A program made the position numbers and the translations under genes. Under the pieces are notes generated by a model, which saw only the letters and a list, made by a program, of their open reading frames with translations, searched no databases and was not told where the DNA came from. Below, piece after piece: positions 51,869 to 62,159 of a DNA stretch of 64,000 nucleotides (the first letter of the stretch is position 1; each line of letters begins with the position of its first letter). The stretch covers positions 768,001 to 832,000 of the forward strand of contig CAVWVQ010000003.1 of the NCBI GenBank assembly GCA_963758525.1, given 5' to 3'. Origin of the DNA: an uncultured Phycisphaerales bacterium (GTDB lineage Bacteria > Planctomycetota > Phycisphaerae > Tepidisphaerales > Tepidisphaeraceae).

Positions 51869-52684
51869 CCCAAGCGCCTGCGCTCCGGCTCCACGATCAA
51901 AATCGTCAAGGGACCCTTCTTCGCAGTGGTTTCCAAGAGCAAGTTTCGGATGGACATCTTCTTCGGCGCGCCCGGGGGGCCGGGGTCGATGTACGTCACA
52001 TCCTTCGGCGTAGGCCTGGGAAAAAATGATTCGACTCCAACCGGCACCTGGCAGGTCCAGTCCGGCAACAAGATCCTGCACCCCCGATACTACAGCCCAA
52101 ACAATGCCGGCGTGATCGACGCCGACGATCCGAAGAATCCCCTCGGCGGATATTGGATCGGCCTGGAAGGTCTCGACGGACAGGCCGTCGATCAACACTC
52201 CTACGGAATCCACGGCACCATCGACCCCGACTCCATCGGCAAGCAAGCCTCCCTCGGCTGCATCCGCATGGGACACGACGACATCGAACTCGCCTTCGAG
52301 CTCCTGGTCGAAGTGAAAAGCAAGATTGTTTGTCGTTCAGTGAGATGGATGCGCGGATCGATCATTTCCCCCTCGTTTCGTGGAATGAGAGATTCCGAGC
52401 GGCAGCAACGGGTCTGGGATGTGCTCCATGCGGAATATGGACCGCAATCCTTTCATCGCGTGGGAACGCTTCTGGTGTTCACACCCGACGAGTGGGATCT
52501 CTCGGACGACTCAGACATCGAATGAATCGCGGTCGGAACGCCGTGATCGCGTGAAGACCGCTCGGTCGTCACTCACTGGCAGCAGGCTCGCGCTGAGCCA
52601 GCTTCTCGTTCAGCGTCCGCTGGGCGACGGCTGAATATCCTGTCAGCTTATTGCGAAGATGCCGGCCGGTGCTGTGGAACGACC
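51869..52684 (+). repeat. Right copy of long direct repeat, including a start-less L,D-transpeptidase catalytic-domain fragment
   Basis: Near-identical to 46494-47204 in the coding parts; 105 bp longer, with several substitutions in the middle. Confidence 0.95.
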
Positions 52685-53234
52685 GGCTGGTCTGATTCAA
52701 GATGCGTTGACCCTGCTGCGTGAGCCGGGCGCGACGGGTTCGGCCCTGGTCCGGATCCAGAAGCCACATCAATCCAACGCCGGCGGCGCAGAATCCCACC
52801 GCGGTCAGCGCGACCGGCAGCACGTGGCTGGAGGGCTCTTCTCCGCGCAACGCCGACGCGGCATGGCGTCCGCGATGCCGCAATTCATCAATGGCAGACT
52901 GGGCATCACTGATAACTCGCGAAACAACATCCCGCGCATCGGCGGCCACGCCCGCCGCATCGGCCAGATGCGCCTTGGCTGCATCCTGGAGCGGAGCCGC
53001 CGCGTCCTTCACGGCGCCGGCAGCAGCATCGTGGGCCCGTTCGGCTTGGTCACGCGCCACCGCAGCCAGCGTCTCAATCTGCCCCTTGAGCTTATCGATC
53101 GCTTCGCCCGCCAGCCCGCTCAGTCGCTGGCGACGTTCCTGGCCGGCCTCAGGATCCAGCAGGTAAAGTGCCAGCGCGCCGCCCGCGGCGCCAACCAGGG
53201 CTGTCGTGAAACTCATCGTCTTGGACGTATTCAT
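52569..53234 (-). CDS. YtxH-like membrane protein
   Basis: Two GxxLxxLLDPxxGxxRR motifs; RBS AAGGAGAGG. Confidence 0.75.
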   Translation of the reverse strand: MNTSKTMSFTTALVGAAGGALALYLLDPEAGQERRQRLSGLAGEAIDKLKGQIETLAAVARDQAERAHDAAAGAVKDAAAPLQDAAKAHLADAAGVAADARDVVSRVISDAQSAIDELRHRGRHAASALRGEEPSSHVLPVALTAVGFCAAGVGLMWLLDPDQGRTRRARLTQQGQRILNQTSRSFHSTGRHLRNKLTGYSAVAQRTLNEKLAQREPAASE

Positions 53235-53744
53235 GGCACCTCTCCTTGGGTTTCCGCGGCGCGTTCCGCCGTCGGCGGTCAGTTGAATCCCGGATCGTAA
53301 GCCTTTGGTCTCGTCCTGCGAACCCCTAATTTTCGATCTTCCTGCGGTCCCGCACAACTACAGGCCTGCAGCCCGTGCGCCACGACATCCGTTCCCGGTC
53401 CGATAACTGCTCATGCTTCAAGGTCCGGTCGGCCGAAGATACATCCGTCGGGAAAGCCAATCAGCAAAGGAGATCGCCATGACGCACGGGCGTAAAATGT
53501 TGCTTGAAACGCTGGCCGGTCACATCGCGCTGCTCGAGTCAGTCAACCCCAGGAAAGCCAGCTCACCGGTTGCGAGGAAGACTCGCCGGTACATCAAGGC
53601 ATGTCTGAAACGCCAGGACGGGTTCGCGCGTCCTCTGGCAGCGTGAGGCCAAGGCGTGCAAGAGTATCCACGGCCGCGGACCAAATCTTAGTGCTCGCGC
53701 ACAAATAACTGGATCAGCTTCGAAACCATAAGTGATGCAATTAT

Positions 53745-53799
53745 GTAGCACGGCCGTCTCGGCTGTGGCCCCAAATCACAGCCGGGACGGCTGTGCCAC
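53745..53799. repeat. GTAG/GTGG-type REP inverted pair
   Basis: GTAGCACGGCCGTCTCGGCTGTG … CACAGCCGGGACGGCTGTGCCAC. Confidence 0.8.
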
Positions 53800-53857
53800 A
53801 GCGGAATCGCCCTGATGAACGAGGGTCGAAAATGAGCGCCGCGAAAAAAACTCGGGC

Positions 53858-55114
53858 TCACCCTGCTGAGGAAGTGACTCTCTCCTTCCGCAACAGCACT
53901 GCCGCCAGCAGCGCGATCACGCCCTCCACTCCCGCGAACGCCAGCAGCGCCAGCGAAAGCCTCGGCGTCAGCAGCAGTTGAAAGAGGACCGACCCCAATC
54001 CGAATCCGGTGAAGAGGAAGAAGGCATTGAGACCCATCGCCTGCCCGCGACGGAGCGGATCGAGCGAGGTGATGATTCCGGCCAGCGGCGGATGGCTCAT
54101 GTCAAATCCGAGCGAGAGTGCCGTCACGATCAGTGCCGCGGCGACGAGGGGAACCTCCGGCGCCAGTGCCGCGCCGGCAACCGCGGAGATGAGCAGGCCG
54201 GCGGGGATGATAAGACTGCGTCCAAACCGATCGGCGGCACGCCCGATCAGCGGACCCAGAAGCATTCCGGGAATCCCATATCCCAGCAGCGCCAACCCGA
54301 TCCCGCGATCCCCAAGCCCGTAACGTCGCGAAAAGTAAAACCCCAGCCATGAGAAGACGCCAGACTGAAAGACCGCGTTGAAGAAGATCAGCAGATATCC
54401 TCGTGCGCCGCGCGGGTTTTGCAGAAGCGAGACATATCCGCGAATCGCCTCAAGCGCCCCGGGCTGATGAGTCGACTTGCGCCCCCGAAGAAACGCCCGA
54501 TGCCTCCACGCGAAGCCGAGATTGACGACGCTCGCCACGCCCAGCGCCGCGAGTTCGACGCGCCAGCCCACAATCGGGTTGAGAATCGCCCCCAGCGTCG
54601 AGCCGAACGCCATCCCGCCGGCAATCGCGCCGAAGATCCACCCGATCGCCCTGCCGCGCTGCTGATAGGGGAACAGGTCGCCCAGCAGCGCCAGCGTGAT
54701 CGGAATAATTCCGCCCGACGCCAGCCCCGCCGCGATCCGCCAGGCCAGCAGCCCGCCAAGCGACGTGGCGCTTGCCGCGCCAAAGGTCGCGACGTTCAGC
54801 ACCGCCAGCATCCCCAGCAGCACCGCCTTGCGGCCGACCCGGTCGGAAAGCGGCCCGTAAAACAGCGTTGAGCATCCGTAGGGCAACAGGTAGCCCGGCA
54901 CCAGCATCCCCACTCTCTGGGCGGAGACGTGAAACTGCAGCGACAGCGCCGGAATCAGCGGCGCGATCAGATACGCCTGGAACATGATGAGAAACGAAGC
55001 CGCCGACATCACGCGCAGCACGACCTCGCGCTCGTGGTGTTCCAGAAGTTGATTCGAATAGACCTCGGTTTCCAAACGTTTTCCGGAAGAAGAACCCGCG
55101 GAGTGTAGGCGCAA
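53858..55114 (-). CDS. MFS transporter
   Basis: GPLSDRVGRK and GRAADRFGR motif A; many TM segments. Confidence 0.92.
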   Translation of the reverse strand: MRLHSAGSSSGKRLETEVYSNQLLEHHEREVVLRVMSAASFLIMFQAYLIAPLIPALSLQFHVSAQRVGMLVPGYLLPYGCSTLFYGPLSDRVGRKAVLLGMLAVLNVATFGAASATSLGGLLAWRIAAGLASGGIIPITLALLGDLFPYQQRGRAIGWIFGAIAGGMAFGSTLGAILNPIVGWRVELAALGVASVVNLGFAWRHRAFLRGRKSTHQPGALEAIRGYVSLLQNPRGARGYLLIFFNAVFQSGVFSWLGFYFSRRYGLGDRGIGLALLGYGIPGMLLGPLIGRAADRFGRSLIIPAGLLISAVAGAALAPEVPLVAAALIVTALSLGFDMSHPPLAGIITSLDPLRRGQAMGLNAFFLFTGFGLGSVLFQLLLTPRLSLALLAFAGVEGVIALLAAVLLRKERVTSSAG

Positions 55115-55245
55115 TTGCGATCCCGACCTCGATCATAATTACTTTGTTTGGAGTCGACGCCAGCTATTCGGGTACGCCTGCGCACCGAATCTTGCCGCGG
55201 CGCGAGTTTTCAAAAGTGCATCCGAATTGACGGCGATATCCGCTC

Positions 55246-55368
55246 CTGCCCTCTCCCCTGGTACTCCGGGGGAGAGCTGGGGTGGGGGTTCGTCCATCTG
55301 GCGGGAAACCGCAGGTTCGCGATATCTATCCCGAACCTCAGTCCCCCCGGGCACGAGGGAAGGAGGCA
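55246..55368. repeat. Degenerate CCCTCTCCC-type palindromic element
   Basis: cctgccctctcccctggtactccgggggagagctggggtggggg…, similar to the element inside cheA. Confidence 0.55.
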
Positions 55369-55410
55369 AGAAGACGCTCTCCGAAAAAGCGCCAAGCCCA
55401 CCGCGGAGTA

Positions 55411-56421
55411 TTAACTCTTGGGACCCGGCCGATCCTGCTCAGCCGGCGCCGCCGGTTCCGTCGTCGGCACTCTGAACGATCGCTCGACCATATCGTGCGC
55501 ATCGTACGACCTCGGATAATCCCGCCAGAGCCAACGCATCATTTCCGGGAGAATCGCCCCGCCCTGCTTCTGCCCGTGGAGGCCGATGCCCCAGCAATAG
55601 TTCACGTCGTATCCCTTCTTCGTCATCGCTTCTTCAAGGCGGACGTTTTGCAAATGCCAATCGCGATCGGGATCGTAGTGATCCCCTTTCAGCGCCCGAT
55701 TGTCATTCACGCCGTCCTGAAAAAACATGCGGATCGGTTTCCTGTCGGCCGCCATCACTCGTTCGGGATAAACCTGGCCCCCGCGCAAGTTGACGAAGCT
55801 GCCCACCATGCTGATGACTTTACGGAACTGATCGGGCCTTTCCCAGGCAACGGAAAACGCCGCGATCGCGCCCGAGCTGGCTCCGCCGATCGCGTGCATG
55901 TCGGGATCCGGGGAAATGTTGTATTGCTTCGTGATGGCCGGCATCAGCTCATCGACAATCACGCGCGCGTAAGCGTCGTTCGGCGTGTTGTATTCCGCCG
56001 GGCGGTTCGTGTTGCGATCGCCCCAGTCGTGCGGCGTCGGCTCCGGCTGATCGGGCCGCCGGCCAGGATTGATGAAGACGCCGATCATCACCGGGATCTC
56101 GCGCCGAAAGATCAGATTGTCCAGCACATTCTGCGTTCGCACGTCGCCGGTCGGATTGATGAACGCCTGCCCGTCGTTAAAGACCATCAGTGCCGCCGGC
56201 TGCGCGGCGTCATATTGTGCCGGGACATACACCCAGTAGGTGTGCGACGTGCCGGGAAACACATTGCTGGGAAGCGTCGTCGGGCCGACGAGCTTCCCAG
56301 TCGGAACCCCCTCCTGCGGCAGCGAATCCGGCCCCAGTTTGTAGTAGTTGTCTTCGCCAACGGCGAAAAGGCTCGAAGCCAGCATGAGATGAGCCACCAA
56401 AAATGCGCGTCGCGTTTTCAT
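55411..56421 (-). CDS. Secreted esterase (enterochelin esterase-like alpha/beta hydrolase)
   Basis: [19 protein letters not shown] nucleophile motif. Confidence 0.88.
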   Translation of the reverse strand: MKTRRAFLVAHLMLASSLFAVGEDNYYKLGPDSLPQEGVPTGKLVGPTTLPSNVFPGTSHTYWVYVPAQYDAAQPAALMVFNDGQAFINPTGDVRTQNVLDNLIFRREIPVMIGVFINPGRRPDQPEPTPHDWGDRNTNRPAEYNTPNDAYARVIVDELMPAITKQYNISPDPDMHAIGGASSGAIAAFSVAWERPDQFRKVISMVGSFVNLRGGQVYPERVMAADRKPIRMFFQDGVNDNRALKGDHYDPDRDWHLQNVRLEEAMTKKGYDVNYCWGIGLHGQKQGGAILPEMMRWLWRDYPRSYDAHDMVERSFRVPTTEPAAPAEQDRPGPKS

Positions 56422-56585
56422 GTCGCTCCATCTTACCGCATCACCGCTCAGACCTGCCCCACTGGTTTGAGAGGCAACAATTGGATCGGATTGGCTTGCG
56501 AAAAATCGATCGGCTGGAAGGTGATCTTCACGACCAGGGCGGCCATCAAGAGAGAATGAGCCCGCGATGACTCGCGCGCGCCCCT

Positions 56586-58470
56586 TTACTTCGCGCTCAC
56601 CGCAAGCGGGCCGGCGTGAACCGCGATCACCCGCACCACCACGCAGTCCACCGGCCGCGTGCCTTCGATTTTGCCCAGCACGTTCATGTGCTCATCCTTC
56701 ACTTCGCTGGTGTAGCGCCGACTGGCAGTGCCCGCGCCCTCGATCACGGCAATGACGTCCCAGTCGATGTGGTCGTCCACGCTGTCGCCGATCTGCTGGG
56801 CGGCATCGGCAAACGCCTTTCTGATCTTCCGGTCGTACGTGCCGGCGACAGGCTGGCCGTCGACCCACATCACCAGATCGTACGTGCCATCGAAATCCCA
56901 GCCGGAGCGATTGCGGATGCCTTTAAAGAGGAAGGTCTTTCCCTTCATCGACGCGGCGTCGGTGGGATGAAACCCTTCCTGCGCGGGAATGGATGAGACG
57001 ATGCTGGGCCAGGCGGCGTTGGCGTCGGCGGTCATCTTGCGCAATGCTTCGTCGTGCTGCTGCTTGAGCGCGGCCAACTCGTCCTGCCAGCGCTGATCCA
57101 GTTTTTTGCCACGGGCGACGTCGGCGTCGTGGAACTTCGAGCCGGCCAGATGGTCATCGGCCCAGCGGACCATGTCGCCGGCGGCGCCGATGTCGAAACG
57201 ATCTTCGCCCTGCGGACGCGGTTGTTTCTCGGCGGCGTCCATCCACAGATTGAAGGCGCTGTCGAGCTTGGCCTGCGCATCGGCCAGCGTTTTGTCCGCG
57301 TCGCTGATCGCCCCCGCGGCCTTCGGCAGGTCCGCCTGCTTCTGGCGGGCAGCGACGGTCTCCTTCTCTTCCAGGAAAAACTTCGTCTGCTGCACGGCTT
57401 GCTCGGTCTTGGGCACGTTCGGCTTCTCGAACGCCCGATTCGGCGCGGCTTCGCTCTCGCTCTGCCAACCGTCGAAGCCCTGAGCGTAATACTTCCAACG
57501 GTTCACCACGGCCGCCTCGACATTGGCCGCGGCCCAGGCTGACTCGTATCCGTCGATCTTCGCCTGCGCCGCCGCCAGCCGATCCTCGTTGGTCTTCCGA
57601 TCGGCGTCTCCTTCGGGAATGCGGGACAACTGATACGCGGCTCGCGAACGCAGCGCCTGCAGCTCGTCGGTCACTTTGTAAGCCGAGTTCGAATCCGTTC
57701 CCTGGAAGGGATCGGAAGTCAGCCGTTGTTCGAGTGCGGCGATCGCCGGCGTCGCGCGGTCCAGTGCGTCCTTCTTAATCACGCCGGCAAATTTCGCCTC
57801 CGAGCTGGCGAGACTGGCGCAGGCGCTGCATCGTCGCGTCGTCGAGCTTCTGCTTTGCCTCATCGGACGCCAGGTATTTCGCCGCTTCATCCAGCCGCGT
57901 GCGCGCGAAACGCTGGTCATTGCCGCCGTTCTCATCGGCGGCGCGCAAATCGCTCTCGACGCGCTGGGCGAACCGAGCGGCCTCCTCGCTCTTTTTGCCC
58001 CCATTGAGCTTCGCCTGCAGCGCATCCACGCGGGCCTGCAGCTTCACACGGGCGTCGGCATTCAGATTCTTCTTCGCGTCGTCGGTGTTCAGCGCATCCA
58101 CCGCCTGGGCGAGCTCCGTCGCGGCACTGTTCACATTGGAATCGGCATCTCCCTCGGCAAAAGTCAGGAAGCGGGCGACGTCGCGCTCGATCTTGCCGGA
58201 GACTTCGGGGTCCACCGTGCTCGCGAGCTTCTGCCGCAGGTCGGCAATGCTCTTCACGATCGGCGCCTTCTCCTCATCAGTCAGGCCGTCGAGAAACGTC
58301 TCGGCCTCCTTGAGCTTGTCGAGCGCATCGTCCTTCTGATTTTTGTCCGCGTAATCCTGCGCCTGCACGACCCGGCTCCTCGCCGCGCTCACGCTCCCGG
58401 CCCAAGCCGGCACGGCAAAAATCAGGAACGCTAAAATCACCGACAGGATCGACCGATTCAGGTTGCGCAT
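56586..58470 (-). CDS. Large secreted helical hypothetical protein, frameshift near 57815
   Basis: Signal peptide [24 protein letters not shown]; two overlapping ORFs with continuous composition. Confidence 0.7.
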
Positions 58471-58604
58471 GAGGTTCCTTTAGATAGAGATGGATCGGGG
58501 AGAATTCTAACACCGGTCGAGCCGCCGCTCAAAGCATTTGCAGCCGGATATGTTCTTACGGCCATCGCGTATACTATACTGATGTTTGATCGGCGGGAGT
58601 CACC

Positions 58605-59222
58605 ATGAGTAAGAGAGATTTTCTCGACAATCTCCGCCTCGCGCGAAGTCTCTTCGTACACGGGCGCGCAACGAGCAACAGCCGCAAACTCGATCCTGCC
58701 GCTTTGAAGCAGGCGATCATACGAGCGGCCATATGGCTGACTCCGAAGGCGGTCGAAGACTTCAACGAAGCTGACTTCGCCGAACTCGGGTCCGCGCGTC
58801 AACGGGCGCTGGGAGACGCCGTTCGGGAGTTCGAGCTGGTCGCAGGACAGGTTCCGCAAGACGCGCCCCCGAGCGACGCGCAGGTCAGCCAAGCCGGTGA
58901 CGCTCTTCGTCGGATACTGGAGATCGTTGGCAACTACCTCCCCGCTCACGAAGAGGAGCTTCAGATCCAGAATGCATTGGCGCACTTGGACTACCCGTCA
59001 TGGGTTCGCAACTGGGATTTTGAGCCGGGAAGCAATGGGGACGGCGAGCCATCATTGTGGGTTACGCTTTACGCGGATGATGGTGCAGTGCCGCCCGAGC
59101 TTCTCGGCAAGCGCGCCACGGATATGATCCCGATGATCCGCGCCGCCTTAAAAGGGGCCGGTGTGCGAAGGTGGCCGTACCTGCGGGTGTGGACTGCGCG
59201 AGAGTACCAGACGCAGTCGTGA
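58605..59222 (+). CDS. Hypothetical protein with C-terminal MNT-like domain (putative antitoxin)
   Basis: WDFEPGSNGDGEPSLWVTLYADD…WPYLRVWTAREY; directly upstream of a HEPN gene. Confidence 0.6.
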   Translation: MSKRDFLDNLRLARSLFVHGRATSNSRKLDPAALKQAIIRAAIWLTPKAVEDFNEADFAELGSARQRALGDAVREFELVAGQVPQDAPPSDAQVSQAGDALRRILEIVGNYLPAHEEELQIQNALAHLDYPSWVRNWDFEPGSNGDGEPSLWVTLYADDGAVPPELLGKRATDMIPMIRAALKGAGVRRWPYLRVWTAREYQTQS

Positions 59223-59234
59223 AGTGGGAAAGGA

Positions 59235-59777
59235 ATGGCACTTCACGACGATCTGTTGAACCTGGCCCTCGGTATGGTCACGGCGACTGCGGCTCCGCCC
59301 GCACCGACGGCGCCTGCCTTGCCAGGTCCTCCGTCCGTCGTCCCGCCAGCGACTCCGAAGACGGAGGCGGAACTGCGCCGTGGGATTTCAACGGCGTATT
59401 ACGCGCTGTTCCACTTGCTCATCGACGTCGCGACAACCCGAGGAGTAGCGACAGCGGCACTTCGCGCACATGTTGCGAGGAATTTCGAACATCGAAATAT
59501 GACGGCAGTCTGCAGGAAATACACCAACCTTCCGACGGACAAGGCGGGTCACCCCGTGCCGCTTGAGATCCAACGCATCGCCGAACGCTTCGTGCAACTT
59601 CAGGAATCCAGGCATAAAGCGGACTACAATGTGAAGGACCCGGTGACGTCCGTTGAGGCTCGAACCTCGGTGCAAATGGCACAGGACGCCTTTAACGACT
59701 GGAGAAACATCTCCTCAAACGTCGCGGCCGACGTGTTTCTGACGGAACTGCTTGTCGGTGGTATCAAAGATCGCTGA
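59235..59777 (+). CDS. HEPN domain protein
   Basis: LRRGISTAYYALFH and LQESRHKADY motifs. Confidence 0.8.
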   Translation: MALHDDLLNLALGMVTATAAPPAPTAPALPGPPSVVPPATPKTEAELRRGISTAYYALFHLLIDVATTRGVATAALRAHVARNFEHRNMTAVCRKYTNLPTDKAGHPVPLEIQRIAERFVQLQESRHKADYNVKDPVTSVEARTSVQMAQDAFNDWRNISSNVAADVFLTELLVGGIKDR

Positions 59778-59816
59778 TTGAGCGACTCATGCACAATCAG
59801 GCGCTTCGTCTTCAAA

Positions 59817-60098
59817 TCAGCGGGCAGCGCCGAACGTCATGACAACGTTACTCAGCGTGACGGAGCGGACGCTCAACACGCTGAAGGTCAGACGAAGCTT
59901 GCGTATCAGCAGCGGCCGAGAAGCGACATCCGCAAATTCCAGAATCAAGTCTTGGCTCAGGCACAGGCGGATTCGCGCCTCGCGAACAGCTTGGAAACAC
60001 GCGCCGGCCGGTCCGTTGGCGCTCGACATCGCCTGCAGCAGCACATTATTGTCGAACCCGGCCCGGATTGGCGCTTCAGTTGGATCGTTCACCGGCAT
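59817..60098 (-). pseudogene. Truncated PIN-domain toxin
   Basis: RAGFDNNVLLQA…LSQDLILEFADVASRP; the C-terminal acidic motifs are absent. Confidence 0.65.
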
Positions 60099-60260
60099 CT
60101 ATTCCGGGAGCGCCGGATCGCGTTCGTACGGGACGCCCCGCATGGCGTGGGTTTCAACTTCCAGAAATGCCGCCAGCTCGTCATCGGTCATCCCGCTGGC
60201 GGAAAAGGCTTCGCGGGTCGGTTTGAGAGCCTCGTCCGTACGCCGGGCCAACTCCGCGAA
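60099..60260 (-). pseudogene. Antitoxin remnant upstream of the PIN gene
   Basis: FAELARRTDEALKPTREAFSASGMTDDELAAFLEVETHAMR…* with an in-frame stop just before it; its stop abuts the PIN ATG. Confidence 0.5.
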
Positions 60261-60498
60261 CTAAGTGGTTTCGACCACAGGCCGCTCTTCGATCAACGTC
60301 CAGGCAGGCGACGGCAATTCGGACTGAAGCGTACAATAGGCACTGGCGGCTTGCGCGCGTGTGGCGAAGCGGATGTCAAACGCATTGCCAACTCGCACCT
60401 GTACGCCCCCGGCCTTCTGCATCGCCTTTTCCAGCTTGGTTCCGCGGCCGTGAAAATAATGGTTGCTGGTCGATTCACGCCGCGCGTCATCCGGCCTA

Positions 60499-61467
60499 TC
60501 AAACCTTCAGCGCCAGCTTCCCCAGGTAATGCGTGTCCAGCATCCGCTGCGCATCGGCTGCCTGTTCCAGCGGGAACGACTTGGCAACATGCACGGTAAA
60601 TGGAGCATTTCCAACCAGGCGATGAAGCCGGGCGAACAACTCGGGTTCGGGATCGCAATCGAATGCGGTGGCGGTGATGCCGGCCGGGGGTTTTGGGATG
60701 GGCTCAACGCCGTTGGGATAGGCGACGCGGCCGGTCGATTTGAGCGTGGTGAGCGCCTTGTCGGCGGCGGGGCCGCCGGCGGCGAGCAGGGCGGTGTCGA
60801 TGCCAGAAGGGGCAAACCGTTTGGCTTCCGAAACGACATCATCCGCGCGGCCGTTGATCGCCATGTCTGCGCCGACGCGCTTGCAAAGCTCGACGCCGTC
60901 AGAACCGGAGGCGACGGCGAACACTTTGGCGCCCATGCGCTTTGCGAGTTGGACCGCCAGATGTCCCAGGCCGCCGCCGGCGCCGAAGATGAGGATGGAC
61001 TCGCCGGATTTGAGGTGCAACACGTCGTCCAGGCCGCGCAGGGCGGTGCCGGCGTCCACGACGTAGGTGCTGGCCTGCTCGGCGGTCATGCTCGGCGGAA
61101 GCGGGTGCGTCATGTCGGCTTTCACCGCGGCATATTCAGCGTAAAAGCCGCCCTTGGGATTGAGGAAGCCGACCGCATAGACCTGATCGCCAACGCGCGG
61201 GGTCGTCACACCGCTGCCAACGGCCACCACTTCGCCAGCCCCTTCGCTTCCGAGGATCAGCGGGAACTTGGGCTGCAGATTCATCATCTGCGCAAAGTAG
61301 CCTTCGCGCTCGATCGGATCCCACACCGCGACACCGGCGTAGCTGACGCGGATCAGCACCTCGCCGGCATCGGCCTTGGGCACGGGCAGCGTCTGCAAGC
61401 GCAGCTTGTCCACGCCGCCGAATGAATCGATCGCGATCGCCCGCATCTGTGTTGCAATAGCTGCCAT
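60499..61467 (-). CDS. NADP-dependent oxidoreductase (MDR/quinone oxidoreductase)
   Basis: GEVLIRV, PLILGSEGAG, GAGGGLG, GKLAL. Confidence 0.92.
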   Translation of the reverse strand: MAAIATQMRAIAIDSFGGVDKLRLQTLPVPKADAGEVLIRVSYAGVAVWDPIEREGYFAQMMNLQPKFPLILGSEGAGEVVAVGSGVTTPRVGDQVYAVGFLNPKGGFYAEYAAVKADMTHPLPPSMTAEQASTYVVDAGTALRGLDDVLHLKSGESILIFGAGGGLGHLAVQLAKRMGAKVFAVASGSDGVELCKRVGADMAINGRADDVVSEAKRFAPSGIDTALLAAGGPAADKALTTLKSTGRVAYPNGVEPIPKPPAGITATAFDCDPEPELFARLHRLVGNAPFTVHVAKSFPLEQAADAQRMLDTHYLGKLALKV

Positions 61468-61700
61468 GTGAAGTCTCCGGTTTGGTGCCGAATGAACGCT
61501 CGCCTTCAGCTACGCAGGTGCCGTCTGGGCAGCGGCTAAGCGAGAGTCGAAAACGCCTACCGGCGCACACTAACTTGCCCATTGTTGGCCGCTTGGACGG
61601 GAGAAGGCAAATCGCTTCGGCCGCTGATCATCGAAGACCTGATGCGATGCCGTATCCGGTCATTCCAGTTCGTCAAACCGCGGAATGATTGAAAGTTCAC

Positions 61701-62069
61701 TTACGGTTGCGTGCTGGGGACGAACTGCTCGCTGACGGTCTTTTCGACAAACGACACACTGGCCACGGGAACAATGGACAGCGTCTTGCGGTCATCCACG
61801 CCAGTCACCCCATTCGTTTTGCCGCATAATTCTTTAATCTCACCGGATACTTCAAAGGAAGTGCCGTCAAACCCGATCAGGGTGCCCGCAACGCAGTCCA
61901 TCGTTGAGGTGCCATGTTGAAGGTACAACCGGACCTCGTCGCCGGTATGAAGATTGCGCCGCAACGCCGTCGCTGAATCGGTGGCACCTGTCGCGGCCGG
62001 CGCGGGCTGTCGGCACCACACCACGGTCAAGCAGCATACGACGATCGCCAGCAAGAAGATCTTTCGCAT
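61701..62069 (-). CDS. Small secreted hypothetical protein
   Basis: RBS GGAGG, signal peptide. Confidence 0.6.
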   Translation of the reverse strand: MRKIFLLAIVVCCLTVVWCRQPAPAATGATDSATALRRNLHTGDEVRLYLQHGTSTMDCVAGTLIGFDGTSFEVSGEIKELCGKTNGVTGVDDRKTLSIVPVASVSFVEKTVSEQFVPSTQP

Positions 62070-62159
62070 GAAACCTCCGGATCGCTTCTTCTATAGCTCG
62101 TTCAAATGTTGGCGACAACGCCGATTCTGCCGCATATGCGAAGGACGTTGGATCGCCCG

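Noticed and set aside
51554..52525. Second full L,D-transpeptidase gene (323-aa ORF)
   Set aside because: The N-terminus is antisense Mrr sequence plus repeats; it lacks the anchor and LysM; it is the duplicated fragment.
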